IMG/VR virus record: IMGVR_UViG_3300032243_001730
Span: 1 to 34,654 of that record
Origin: a virus
Lineage: Duplodnaviria; Caudoviricetes
Reading direction: 5' to 3' (one strand)
DNA: 34,654 nucleotides
Below are positions 25,548 to 33,840 of this stretch, piece by piece (the stretch's first letter is position 1; each line of letters begins with the position of its first letter). The position numbers were made by a program, and so were the translations under genes. A model generated the notes under the pieces. That model did not search any database. It saw nothing but the letters and a program-made list of their open reading frames with translations, and was not told where the DNA came from.

Positions 25548-27143
25548 TTAGAACGTCGGGAGGATCAGCCGGCGATTGGGCAGATCCTGCGTCGCCATGA
25601 CGAGCAGAGGGCCCTCCGGATCGGGCTGATGCACGCGCACGAGGAAGCGCGGCAGCTTGGCGTCAATTGTGTCGGAATCGACAACATTGAGCAGGGAGTA
25701 CTTCTTGGCCTCGCCCTTGTTGTTTAGTTCGCCCTTGCCCGCAAAGACCTTGTAGGACGCGACCTTGTAGGCAAGTCCGACGATCTTGACATCCTCCGGA
25801 TCGAGCGCGCGGATGTCGGTCTTGTCGCCGTTCCACACGGGCAGACCAAACAGGGTCATCGGCTTGTACTTGCCCGCGCCCTTGAGCGGGGCGCCGGGCT
25901 CCAGCTTGTAGTACGAGCCGGTTTCCTTCGCGATTTCGCGCTCACGCTTGACAAACACGACGGCAGCGCGCCGCGCGGAGCGAGGATCACCCTCGACGAT
26001 GTTGAAGAGGTTTTCCTTGCTCTCATCGGACCCGGAGAAGGAGTAGGTGATGTCGTAGATGTTCTCGATGCCGCGCCGATACGGGATCTTCGTGTAGTCG
26101 TAGAACATTAGACTGTCAGTCTTAGACCACTGCGACGCATCCTCCATGAAGCGTTCGCGAGAGTACTCCGCGCACGTTTCCATCATGCCCGGGACCATGA
26201 TCTCCCAGGGCAGGTCCGAGAGCACATTGAGTCGGATGAAGCGACCATGGCCCTCGCAGTACGCGCCTTTAAAGTTCTCGATCGTGCGATCGAACAGGTT
26301 GATGCAGAACTCCAGCGGCATGTCGCGCAGGAGGTGCGAGTAGATGTAGGACGATGCGAAGGCGCCGCTCTCCAGTGCGCGCTGGCCCGTATTGACCAAG
26401 CAAGTCAGGCGACACTCAGGAGTCGAGGAGATGCAGAACGTGGAGCCACTGGGCCCCTGGTCGGTACTCGTCGAGAAGGGGGTGCGGAACGATGCGCCAT
26501 GGGGGAGCAGCGAGAGCCCGCGCGCGTCGTAGCGCATGCCCTCGTCGTCGTCGTCGTCCCCCAGGACCTTGCGCAACTTGTCGTTCTCGCGCAGCAGGTC
26601 CTCGCGCAGCCAGGACGGATTGAACTTCTCCGCGACGCCGCCTCGCCGCTGCGTGACGTGTACCAGATTGGCGGCATCCTTGAGCAGGCGCTCGTAGATT
26701 TTCCGACCGTGATCTCGCAGGGCCGCGCGAACATCCTTGAGCAGGCGCTGATAAGAGCGCGACTCCGGGTCCAGCGAGCCCCAGTCATAGGAGATTGGGA
26801 GACCCTCGATGCGCGACGATGAGACCGCCTTGTTGATGACGTTGAGCGACTTCCTGGTCGTCGCCGGCGGGTTCTTGATTACGTCGTTCGCCCAAACATT
26901 GTTGTCAACGACGACGGTGCCCGTCGGGCTTAGGCTTTTCGCCTTCTCGTAGGCCTCGGAGGGATCCTTGTCCTCCTCGACAACGACGCCGTTCTCGTCG
27001 AGCACGGCAACGAAGCTGCCGCTGTCGGAAAACGCATTGCGCATCTCCGCAGGGTTCCAGCGTCGAGGGCCGCCGTTAGACACGAGGCGCGACAACTCCA
27101 TCTGGGCTACTACGTCGCCAGCCTTTGGATATCGCGCGCTCAC
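25548..27143 (-). CDS. GP88-like protein with N-terminal extension
   Basis: C-x6-C-x3-C, IRLNVLSDLPWE, FYDYTK, YDITYSFSG, AVVF, NGDKTDIRALDP, IVGL motifs. Confidence 0.75.
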   Translation of the reverse strand: MSARYPKAGDVVAQMELSRLVSNGGPRRWNPAEMRNAFSDSGSFVAVLDENGVVVEEDKDPSEAYEKAKSLSPTGTVVVDNNVWANDVIKNPPATTRKSLNVINKAVSSSRIEGLPISYDWGSLDPESRSYQRLLKDVRAALRDHGRKIYERLLKDAANLVHVTQRRGGVAEKFNPSWLREDLLRENDKLRKVLGDDDDDEGMRYDARGLSLLPHGASFRTPFSTSTDQGPSGSTFCISSTPECRLTCLVNTGQRALESGAFASSYIYSHLLRDMPLEFCINLFDRTIENFKGAYCEGHGRFIRLNVLSDLPWEIMVPGMMETCAEYSRERFMEDASQWSKTDSLMFYDYTKIPYRRGIENIYDITYSFSGSDESKENLFNIVEGDPRSARRAAVVFVKREREIAKETGSYYKLEPGAPLKGAGKYKPMTLFGLPVWNGDKTDIRALDPEDVKIVGLAYKVASYKVFAGKGELNNKGEAKKYSLLNVVDSDTIDAKLPRFLVRVHQPDPEGPLLVMATQDLPNRRLILPTF

Positions 27144-27643
27144 GGAAGCCTCCTGGCAATTTTGAGCCGCGCGTAGGAGGTACTCATGACTCCCTGTTCG
27201 GCGTCTTTTGCAGAATAATACTCGTGCTCGCCCAGCACGATGAAATCAATGAAGGCAATGTCCAACGCCGCGCACAGCAGGCTGCCCTGTTGATAGGTTT
27301 TGTTGTCGGCTGGGCTTGGACGCCAATTGCCGGATGGGTGTTGATGGACCATGATCATGCCGACGGCGTTCCTGAGAAAGGCTTCCTTGAAGATGCCGTG
27401 CCAGGAAAATTCCACTCGGACGGGTGAGCCCACCGTCAACTCTTGATACCCGATGATTCGATCAACGGTATCGAGGTACACGATGATCATGACCTCGCTG
27501 GATCTGCGCCCAATGTAATCCTGCAGGGCGATGATCAGGTCGGCGCTCTTGTCCACCGTGACATCCGTCGGGAGTTCCGCAGCCCTCTCGACGATGCTGA
27601 TCACCTTTTGCGGGCGCACTCCGCGAACCGGGTTGTCACGCAT
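27140..27643 (-). CDS. radC: RadC-like JAB/JAMM domain protein
   Basis: E...HQHPSGNWRPSPAD...IAFIDFIVLG..EYYS; lacks HhH region; starts MRDNP. Confidence 0.88.
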   Translation of the reverse strand: MRDNPVRGVRPQKVISIVERAAELPTDVTVDKSADLIIALQDYIGRRSSEVMIIVYLDTVDRIIGYQELTVGSPVRVEFSWHGIFKEAFLRNAVGMIMVHQHPSGNWRPSPADNKTYQQGSLLCAALDIAFIDFIVLGEHEYYSAKDAEQGVMSTSYARLKIARRLP

Positions 27644-27655
27644 GGGTCGTCCTTG

Positions 27656-28006
27656 TCAGAAGGTGGAGCAAAGCCCGGTGATCAGCGTGCCCCAGTTGGA
27701 CACGGGGCGACCGTTCTCGTCCTGATCCGGAAACGTCACCAGCAGCGCGTTGCCATAGGCGAGCGCCTTCGGCGTCAGCGTTCCTAGAACCCACAGGGTC
27801 GCACAGTTGTCCTGCGTCAAGCGCGCCGCCTGATACAGGGTCGGCACGGGCGGACCCGCGACGGTGATGTTCGCGTTGTACGACGAAAGGACTGCGGCGG
27901 CCTGTGCCGGGGAGATGAGGCTGGCATGCGAGAGGTAGTCGGCAATGGTGATGCTGCGGTAAATGAAACCGACCAGCGTCTGAAAATCAGTCAAAGAGAC
28001 AGACAT
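27656..28006 (-). CDS. Hypothetical protein (possible virion component)
   Basis: 116 aa; strong GGGGAGGT RBS. Confidence 0.75.
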   Translation of the reverse strand: MSVSLTDFQTLVGFIYRSITIADYLSHASLISPAQAAAVLSSYNANITVAGPPVPTLYQAARLTQDNCATLWVLGTLTPKALAYGNALLVTFPDQDENGRPVSNWGTLITGLCSTF

Positions 28007-28021
28007 GATTACCTCCCCTGC

Positions 28022-28852
28022 TTAGGGCTCGTCCGAGAAGTACACGCGCAGCGGAACTCGGTTCGTGTCGGTGTCCAGCAGGGTCGGATACTGCCTAATG
28101 CAAACCATCACAGCGTCGAACATCGCGGCGTTCGTTGCAGTTCCGGCTCCGAGCACGTTGTTGACCACCTTGCTGTCGTTGACCGCAAGCGGACCGCTGT
28201 AAATCACGGTCTCCTGCGTCGTGGGCGCACCGGAGGCCTTCGGCGCGGCGTAGTTCAGGCCGATCACGCGAAAGATGAAATCTTCGCTGCCGTCGGTCTT
28301 GGTGTTATTGTTTGTGCAAACCACGGAGCAGTACTTGCGACCGTAGCTTGGAAAGATGATCCAAGTAGAGCCGTTGGCCAGGGTGTAATCCTCAAAGCGA
28401 TACTCTTTGTCCGCCCTGCGGGTCACGAGCGACGCCGGCGCCTGGAAGTACTGAAGCACGTCAAGCCGTGGCGCGATGCGCTGCACTGCGTCGGTCAGTG
28501 TAAAGCCGAGAGACGCGCTTGGAACGTAGGACGGATCGTACAGGTCCGCCGACCAGAAAAGGATGCGCCCAGGACGGTTAGAGGGCTGATAGCGCGAGTC
28601 ATTGCGCGCGTCGAGGCGTCCCACAAACGACCTGTTCGGATCGACGATCGTCGAGTTGATGAACGTCGGAACCTGATCGTCATAATACGCGCAGGCAACC
28701 TTGCTGACATCGCTTTCCGGACCCAGACACAGCGCCAGACCGGACTGCTCGCTCTCGTAGATATCGCCGGGGCTAGAGAGCAGCGTGTTCAGGCGAAAAA
28801 ACTGGTAGCCGTTGATCGCGTAACGATTGCTGTTGGGCTGCGGATAACTCAT
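28022..28852 (-). CDS. Beta-rich putative virion protein
   Basis: ATG at 28852 (ATGA overlap), 276 aa; many alternating hydrophobic strands, no TM. Confidence 0.65.
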   Translation of the reverse strand: MSYPQPNSNRYAINGYQFFRLNTLLSSPGDIYESEQSGLALCLGPESDVSKVACAYYDDQVPTFINSTIVDPNRSFVGRLDARNDSRYQPSNRPGRILFWSADLYDPSYVPSASLGFTLTDAVQRIAPRLDVLQYFQAPASLVTRRADKEYRFEDYTLANGSTWIIFPSYGRKYCSVVCTNNNTKTDGSEDFIFRVIGLNYAAPKASGAPTTQETVIYSGPLAVNDSKVVNNVLGAGTATNAAMFDAVMVCIRQYPTLLDTDTNRVPLRVYFSDEP

Positions 28853-29340
28853 CGCGACATCCTGTTCATGGCGGCGGTGATGGCGGCAAAGATTGCCTGA
28901 TTGGCGGCGGTGCCTGCGGCGCTGATGCCGGCAATCTGCTCCAGCCACGCAAAGGGCTTCACCTCGACCTTGATGCGATTGATCCCGGTCGCAGCGACCC
29001 AAAGCCGGTTTCCCTTGGCGATGCAGATGCTGCGCGGAACGCCGGTCTCAAGAAGTTCGCCCTTGCCGCTCAGAACGGGCAGCAGGTTCTGCTTGTTTCC
29101 GATGCAGACCGGGCCGGCGGTCTCCAGCGTCAGCGTGATCTCTGCGTACTGACGATCGCCGTTATACAGGACCTGCGACTGGCCATCCGTCGCGGCCTTC
29201 GTCAGATACGTGAAAATCTCCGTCGTCGTTTCGACGGTCTGCGGATTGTAGCCAGGGATGGGCGTGGCGGCGACGTTGCGGTTCGTTGACGTTTGCACGC
29301 CAATCTTGGATACCATCGTGGTCTTAGGCGGCGTGGCCAT
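28849..29340 (-). CDS. Putative virion protein (beta-sandwich-like with C-terminal helix)
   Basis: 163 aa; EITLTLETAGPVCIG...SICIAKGNRLWVAA...IKVEV strands. Confidence 0.65.
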   Translation of the reverse strand: MATPPKTTMVSKIGVQTSTNRNVAATPIPGYNPQTVETTTEIFTYLTKAATDGQSQVLYNGDRQYAEITLTLETAGPVCIGNKQNLLPVLSGKGELLETGVPRSICIAKGNRLWVAATGINRIKVEVKPFAWLEQIAGISAAGTAANQAIFAAITAAMNRMSR

Positions 29341-30102
29341 TTAGAATCTCCGCTTGTAGAGGTAGTAAATCGCCGCCGCAAGACCGACGGCTACAACCAT
29401 TGTGGCGATGCTTGCAGGCTCAGAGAAAAGTCCGGCGACGCTCGCGGGCAAGAGGTATGGACCAGACGGCGGCGCGGGAATGATCGTCGGAGGCCCCGCG
29501 TACAGTGAGCCGCCGTTGGCGACCTCCGCAACCTTCCATTGCAGAGGAATGGCGAGGACGCGAAACCAAACCTTCGCCGCCGACTGCGACCCAAGAGCGA
29601 TGCCGCCGTTCGCAGCAACGTATCGCGCAATATCCCCGTAGACATCGCCCGGCGTGCTGACGCTCGCCGCCTTGGCCAGACCCCGCGACCCGCCGCGACC
29701 GACCGCAAACGACAGGCGAGCGAGCATCCAGCAGTCCGCCGTGCCCGGCTGCACGAGGCCTGGATACTCCTTAACCCAGAGCGCGGCCTCCATGCTGTAC
29801 TCAAGGACGCCGACGCAGACGTTGCCGGCCACATCGTAGCGCGTGTCGGCCGGCAGGCCAAACGTCGCCGGCGTCGATGCGGCAATCTGCATGAGCCCGT
29901 ACTCGCCCAGGCTTGGATCGCCAACGAGAGTAGCGTTTCCATCGCTCTCAAACATGATGATCGCCGCGAGCCACGCCGGCGGCATGCCGCCATGGTACGT
30001 GTCGATCACGTCGCGATACTTCGCGAGGATCTGAACGCAACGATTTGCGTCGGAATCGACGCTCGCTTGTCGCTGCGCAAGTAGGGCGGTGTAATCAGCC
30101 AC
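29341..30102 (-). CDS. SLT lytic transglycosylase with C-terminal membrane anchor
   Basis: PAWLAAIIMFESDGN...YGLMQI; C-terminal TM MVVAVGLAAAIYYLY followed by KRRF. Confidence 0.85.
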   Translation of the reverse strand: MADYTALLAQRQASVDSDANRCVQILAKYRDVIDTYHGGMPPAWLAAIIMFESDGNATLVGDPSLGEYGLMQIAASTPATFGLPADTRYDVAGNVCVGVLEYSMEAALWVKEYPGLVQPGTADCWMLARLSFAVGRGGSRGLAKAASVSTPGDVYGDIARYVAANGGIALGSQSAAKVWFRVLAIPLQWKVAEVANGGSLYAGPPTIIPAPPSGPYLLPASVAGLFSEPASIATMVVAVGLAAAIYYLYKRRF

Positions 30103-30114
30103 GTGCGCAGAGTA

Positions 30115-30663
30115 TCACATGGTGGCCAAAAGCTGGTCCACCGCTGCGTTGATCTCAATCATGCGCGCCGTGCTGCCGCCGGGCCTGTCTGGATGATATT
30201 TGCGCGCAAGTTCTCGATATCTTTTCTTAACAATTTCCGGCGTTAACGTCTCGCGCGGAGCAAATCCAAGGATCGACCTCGGATCGACTCCCTGCGGTGG
30301 CTTTTCACGCGGAGGCGGAGGCGGAGCGCGACCTCGTGCGCCCTGCGCCCTCTCTCGCGCTCGCATCGTCGCGGCCTTAAATGCAGCCGCCGCCCTGCGG
30401 CGCGCATCCTCATGATAGCGCAGGCCGAGCAGCGCGGCGGCCTCCTCGGCGGCCTCCATGAGTTCATCGTCCGACGGTCGAGAGCCGAAAAGAGCGCCCA
30501 TCACGACGCCGACGATGTGCTCTCCGGGCCGGCGCGGCCTCGCGGCCTCCTGCTCGATCACGATCCGATGGGCCTCGCACAGCGCAGGGCTGCCGGTGCC
30601 CTTGCGGCGACAGCGATCGCCTCGCTCGATATATGTGCAGCGTTTGTATTTACCGGGTGGCAT
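30115..30663 (-). CDS. J-domain (DnaJ-like) protein with N-terminal Cys/His finger
   Basis: ILGF...VKKRYRELARKYHPDRPGGS...INAA; N-terminal C-x8-C...C-x2-H. Confidence 0.88.
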   Translation of the reverse strand: MPPGKYKRCTYIERGDRCRRKGTGSPALCEAHRIVIEQEAARPRRPGEHIVGVVMGALFGSRPSDDELMEAAEEAAALLGLRYHEDARRRAAAAFKAATMRARERAQGARGRAPPPPPREKPPQGVDPRSILGFAPRETLTPEIVKKRYRELARKYHPDRPGGSTARMIEINAAVDQLLATM

Positions 30664-31413
30664 TTACAGAGCCGCAAGATATGCCTGAAGGCTAACGAGG
30701 TCAAATCCGCTTTTTGCAGGGTCCTTTGCGGTCACCCAGTCGTCGCTCAGGCACACCCAGCACTCGTCGGCATAGTTTAGCCACCACTGCCAGTCCGCCT
30801 TGCGTCGCGCTCCCCAGGTCACATAAGTGATCGACGTGTCGTCGTAGGCGGAGGCCCACATGCAGTGGCCTCCCCAGCTTCCTGGCTCGTCGTCGCCGGT
30901 CAGGCGATGCTTGCTTCCCGTCCAGGTCTCCGACGGAGCCGGCTTCTGCGCAGACAAAGGCAATTGCGCGCCGGTGTACACGCCACCGAAGAGCGCGATG
31001 GCGGTCTTTACGTGAGCAATGTTGTGCGCATCAACTTTCATGTACGCAGAAATGCGATGCGATCCAATTCCGTAGGAGCGCCAATACTTCAGAGCATCAA
31101 GAAGGACGACCCCGGGATCGAACCACGGTCGCGACTCGCTATACCCGGTGCATCCTGAGTATGCGGTAACGATGGACTCGTCGTCGAGCGTGACCATGTG
31201 GCCGCGCGAAAGAGTCCACGCCTGCACGGCGTGCGCCTGACCGGCGAACCCGCAGTCGCCAATCGCATCGTTGCGCATCATGCCCAGGTCTGCCGGCGCC
31301 CCGCTAAAAAAATCCACGCTTGCGGGGATGCTGGGAAGCTTGGCTCGATGCAGGTAATCAATCATGTGCGCCGTGCGCACGTCATGACGCGGAGCGCGCT
31401 TGCCAAGCTTCAC
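30664..31413 (-). CDS. Papain-like cysteine peptidase
   Basis: NDAIGDCGFAG (Cys), WGGHCM (His), YVTWG, ADECW. Confidence 0.75.
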   Translation of the reverse strand: MKLGKRAPRHDVRTAHMIDYLHRAKLPSIPASVDFFSGAPADLGMMRNDAIGDCGFAGQAHAVQAWTLSRGHMVTLDDESIVTAYSGCTGYSESRPWFDPGVVLLDALKYWRSYGIGSHRISAYMKVDAHNIAHVKTAIALFGGVYTGAQLPLSAQKPAPSETWTGSKHRLTGDDEPGSWGGHCMWASAYDDTSITYVTWGARRKADWQWWLNYADECWVCLSDDWVTAKDPAKSGFDLVSLQAYLAAL

Positions 31414-31769
31414 AGGTCGCCCTCCGCAGTACGAAAGGTTGCGCCGTTCGCCACCTGTGCGCGAAAGGACTCCATGGTCGTTCGCGCGGTCTCAAGCGTC
31501 GCCGCCTTTGCGTCGCTCTTCTTTTCGTGCGTCACCGCAGCAAGCGCGCAGCCCACGACCTCCCACCCGATGCGCGGAGCGTCGGCCTTCGCCTTGTCCA
31601 GGATTTGCTGCCACGCAGGAACGAGCGCAAGCAGATCTCTTGCCTCCGTCGCAATCGCGGGCGCCTCCAAGCGCAGGCAGTCCACAATGACGTGCGCGGG
31701 GCGCGCAATGGTCTTGCAGGAACCAAGGCCCATGAGCGACGAAGCAATCAGCACGATTGCACTACGCAT
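31410..31769 (-). CDS. Putative lipoprotein
   Basis: ATG at 31769: MRSAIVLIASSLMGLGSC, lipobox-like; helical body. Confidence 0.65.
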   Translation of the reverse strand: MRSAIVLIASSLMGLGSCKTIARPAHVIVDCLRLEAPAIATEARDLLALVPAWQQILDKAKADAPRIGWEVVGCALAAVTHEKKSDAKAATLETARTTMESFRAQVANGATFRTAEGDL

Positions 31770-31974
31770 CGCTGAAAACACCTTCGACGGATGCGGTCTT
31801 GGCGCGCGCCTCGTCGGCGCACGGCTCACAGGCCTTTTCCTCGCGCACGATCTGCCGGCCGATGTGAGCCGTGCCGCGCGCATCGATGAACTCCTGCTCG
31901 CGCGTCTCCACGACGACCATGGAGCAGGTTTCACGAGGACCACTAACCTTTTGGCAAAAAGCGCATTTATACAT
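31762..31974 (-). CDS. Zinc-ribbon protein
   Basis: YKCAFCQ...VVVETR...GRQIVREEKACEPC. Confidence 0.7.
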   Translation of the reverse strand: MYKCAFCQKVSGPRETCSMVVVETREQEFIDARGTAHIGRQIVREEKACEPCADEARAKTASVEGVFSDA

Positions 31975-32009
31975 GCGCCGACCATATCACAACGGATAGG
32001 ATTGGCGCC

Positions 32010-32735
32010 ATGGCGCTCCCATCAACGATCGATCCTTTGATTTGCGACCTCTACGCCGGCGACCTAAACGGAAAGCCAAACATCGCAAAGCTTGTATCGG
32101 CGGGTCCGCCGTGGCACGGGCTCATGCTCAAGGCGAGCGAGGGCACCTATTACAACGGCGGCCAGTGGTTTAAGACGGCGTGGAGCGAGACCCGATCGCT
32201 CGCATCGTTCCGCTACGGCAGCGATTGGTTTCGCGCCGCGTACCACTACACGATTTTCGCCATTGATGGGGCAACGCAGGCGGACTATTACCTGCGCACC
32301 GTGCAGGCCGCCGGCGGATTTAGCGCCGACCTGCCGCCGGTGATCGATGCGGAGCGCGCAGGACAGCGCAGCCCGCCGACCAAGCAGCAGGTAATCGATT
32401 GCGTGTCCGCTTTTGCGGCGCGCATCAAGGCCACGACGGGCAAGTCGCCCATCCTGTACGCAAACAGCCTGCTTCACGACCTTGGCATCACAGATCACAT
32501 GGGATGCCAATATCTGTGGCCCGCGAGATACGCCGCAACCCTCCCGGCGTCGGTGTACCAGGGAATCGGTTGGCAACTCTCTGAAGTGCTCGCGTGGCAG
32601 TACTGCGGCGACGGAGAGTCGTATCTGGTCGGCTACCCCTCATGGTCGCCCATGGGGGCATGCGACATTAGTGCTACGATCGGAGCAGGTGGCGGAGCAA
32701 ACGCTCTTGCACTGCTTCGTAGTCTGTCTGAGTAG
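32010..32735 (+). CDS. GH25 muramidase (endolysin)
   Basis: ICDLY, LKASEG, AAYHY, PVIDAE (DxE), PILY, LWPARY, AWQY motifs. Confidence 0.88.
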   Translation: MALPSTIDPLICDLYAGDLNGKPNIAKLVSAGPPWHGLMLKASEGTYYNGGQWFKTAWSETRSLASFRYGSDWFRAAYHYTIFAIDGATQADYYLRTVQAAGGFSADLPPVIDAERAGQRSPPTKQQVIDCVSAFAARIKATTGKSPILYANSLLHDLGITDHMGCQYLWPARYAATLPASVYQGIGWQLSEVLAWQYCGDGESYLVGYPSWSPMGACDISATIGAGGGANALALLRSLSE

Positions 32736-32877
32736 GGGAGGCGTCGTCGGCAAGCCGGCGCAGCCACGCTGAGAGATTGCGCCGGCCGGCGGCGCGCTGA
32801 TACCGCGCGCGCTCTTCCGCCGTGACGCGAATCTCGATGCGCTGATTTGCCGTTACCGGGTTAGCGCGCTTTCGCAT
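32674..32877 (-). CDS. Ribbon-helix-helix (MobC-like) DNA-binding protein
   Basis: ATG at 32877; RIEIRVTAEERARYQRAAGRRNLSAWLRRLAD; tail overlaps GH25 3' end. Confidence 0.7.
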   Translation of the reverse strand: MRKRANPVTANQRIEIRVTAEERARYQRAAGRRNLSAWLRRLADDASPTQTDYEAVQERLLRHLLRS

Positions 32878-32989
32878 TTTGCCCCTGAGCATTTGCCCAC
32901 TCGGCAAAGCTTTGGTGACGCCGGCGGCGTGCCTCTGGAGTGTCCGCCATGGCCCGGACGAGAGCGTCGATGAGCCGCTGCGTGTCCAT
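32861..32989 (-). CDS. Hypothetical protein, 42 aa (not in ORF track)
   Basis: GGAGG RBS; MDTQRLIDALVRAMADTPEARRRRHQSFAEWANAQGQNAKAR*. Confidence 0.45.
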   Translation of the reverse strand: MDTQRLIDALVRAMADTPEARRRRHQSFAEWANAQGQNAKAR

Positions 32990-32990
32990 T

Positions 32991-33437
32991 TCAGTTTCCT
33001 CCCAGGTCTGGGAGCGTGCTGATGGCGCGTGCGTAGTCGAGGATCGATCCGCGCATCTTGATCAGCGCGCTGCGCGCGGCTGCCATCTCGACCGGGTGAT
33101 CTGCTTCCATTTTGGCGACCAGCCCGGTTAGGTCGGCCATGATTCCGGCCATGACCTGCAGGACGGCGAGCCGCACGTGCTCGCGCCAGTAGAGGTCCTT
33201 CGCGTCGTCGAGCGTCTCGTGGAACTCGACATGCAGAGAGAGCAGCGTAGAGGCGGGCGCATCTTTCGCGGTCTCCTCCTCGATGGCCTCGCAAGCCATG
33301 TGGATCACTCGCTCGACGCGATCGTTCGCCTGCGCGACGAGGCGCTCGTGCTTTTGGACGGCGAGCAGGAGGCGATCGCACACCTGCTCAGGATTGTCGA
33401 GCAGTTCGCGCGCGAGCGTCAGCATGGTTTCGTTCAT
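32991..33437 (-). CDS. Hypothetical all-alpha protein
   Basis: ATG at 33437 (ATGA overlap, GGAGG RBS), 148 aa. Confidence 0.7.
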   Translation of the reverse strand: MNETMLTLARELLDNPEQVCDRLLLAVQKHERLVAQANDRVERVIHMACEAIEEETAKDAPASTLLSLHVEFHETLDDAKDLYWREHVRLAVLQVMAGIMADLTGLVAKMEADHPVEMAAARSALIKMRGSILDYARAISTLPDLGGN

Positions 33438-33802
33438 TCGTCCTCCGTTTTTCCGGCGTCCATCATGTTCTCCAGCGCGACGAGCAGGATGTACATCTCT
33501 CCCGCCCAGTTGGACGTGTAGTCGCGCATGCGCGCGACGCCGTTGCTGATCTGACGCACAAGTTCGGGGACGTGGCCCATGTTGGCCGCCGGCTCGACGG
33601 TCGCGCTGCGCGCAGGAGCGGTGGCCTTCTTTTCCGGCTTGTCTTCGCGCCCGCAGGTGCGAGCGTTGTGGCCGGGCTTGCCGCACTTCTTGCAGGCTCG
33701 CGCTGCGACCTCGCCCGCGCTTTTCTTTGCCGGCTTGTCCTCGCGCCCGCAGGTGCGCGCGTTGTGGCCAGCCTTGCCGCACTTCTTGCATTTTCTCGTC
33801 AT
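33434..33802 (-). CDS. Double CCHC zinc-knuckle protein
   Basis: ATG at 33802 after GGGAGAG; two CKKCGKxGHNARTC (CX2CX4HX4C) units in a 96-bp tandem repeat. Confidence 0.8.
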   Translation of the reverse strand: MTRKCKKCGKAGHNARTCGREDKPAKKSAGEVAARACKKCGKPGHNARTCGREDKPEKKATAPARSATVEPAANMGHVPELVRQISNGVARMRDYTSNWAGEMYILLVALENMMDAGKTEDE

Positions 33803-33811
33803 TGTCTCTCC

Positions 33812-33840
33812 CAGGTAATACTTGCGCGCGCGCAAGTCAA
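33812..33840 (-). promoter_or_regulatory. Putative promoter with 18-bp palindromic operator
   Basis: Minus-strand TTGACT at 33840-33835; perfect palindrome ACTTGCGCGCGCGCAAGT at 33820-33837. Confidence 0.5.

Noticed and set aside
28022-28852. Calling this the major capsid protein
   Set aside because: Beta-rich, but no recognisable capsid motif; needs structure prediction
32855-32877. MRKRANP at the start of the RHH protein, plus other NP dipeptides (INP, YNP, DNP) elsewhere
   Set aside because: Regulators are unlikely cargo and NP occurs by chance; not counted as support for the tag, though they show the background is not zero
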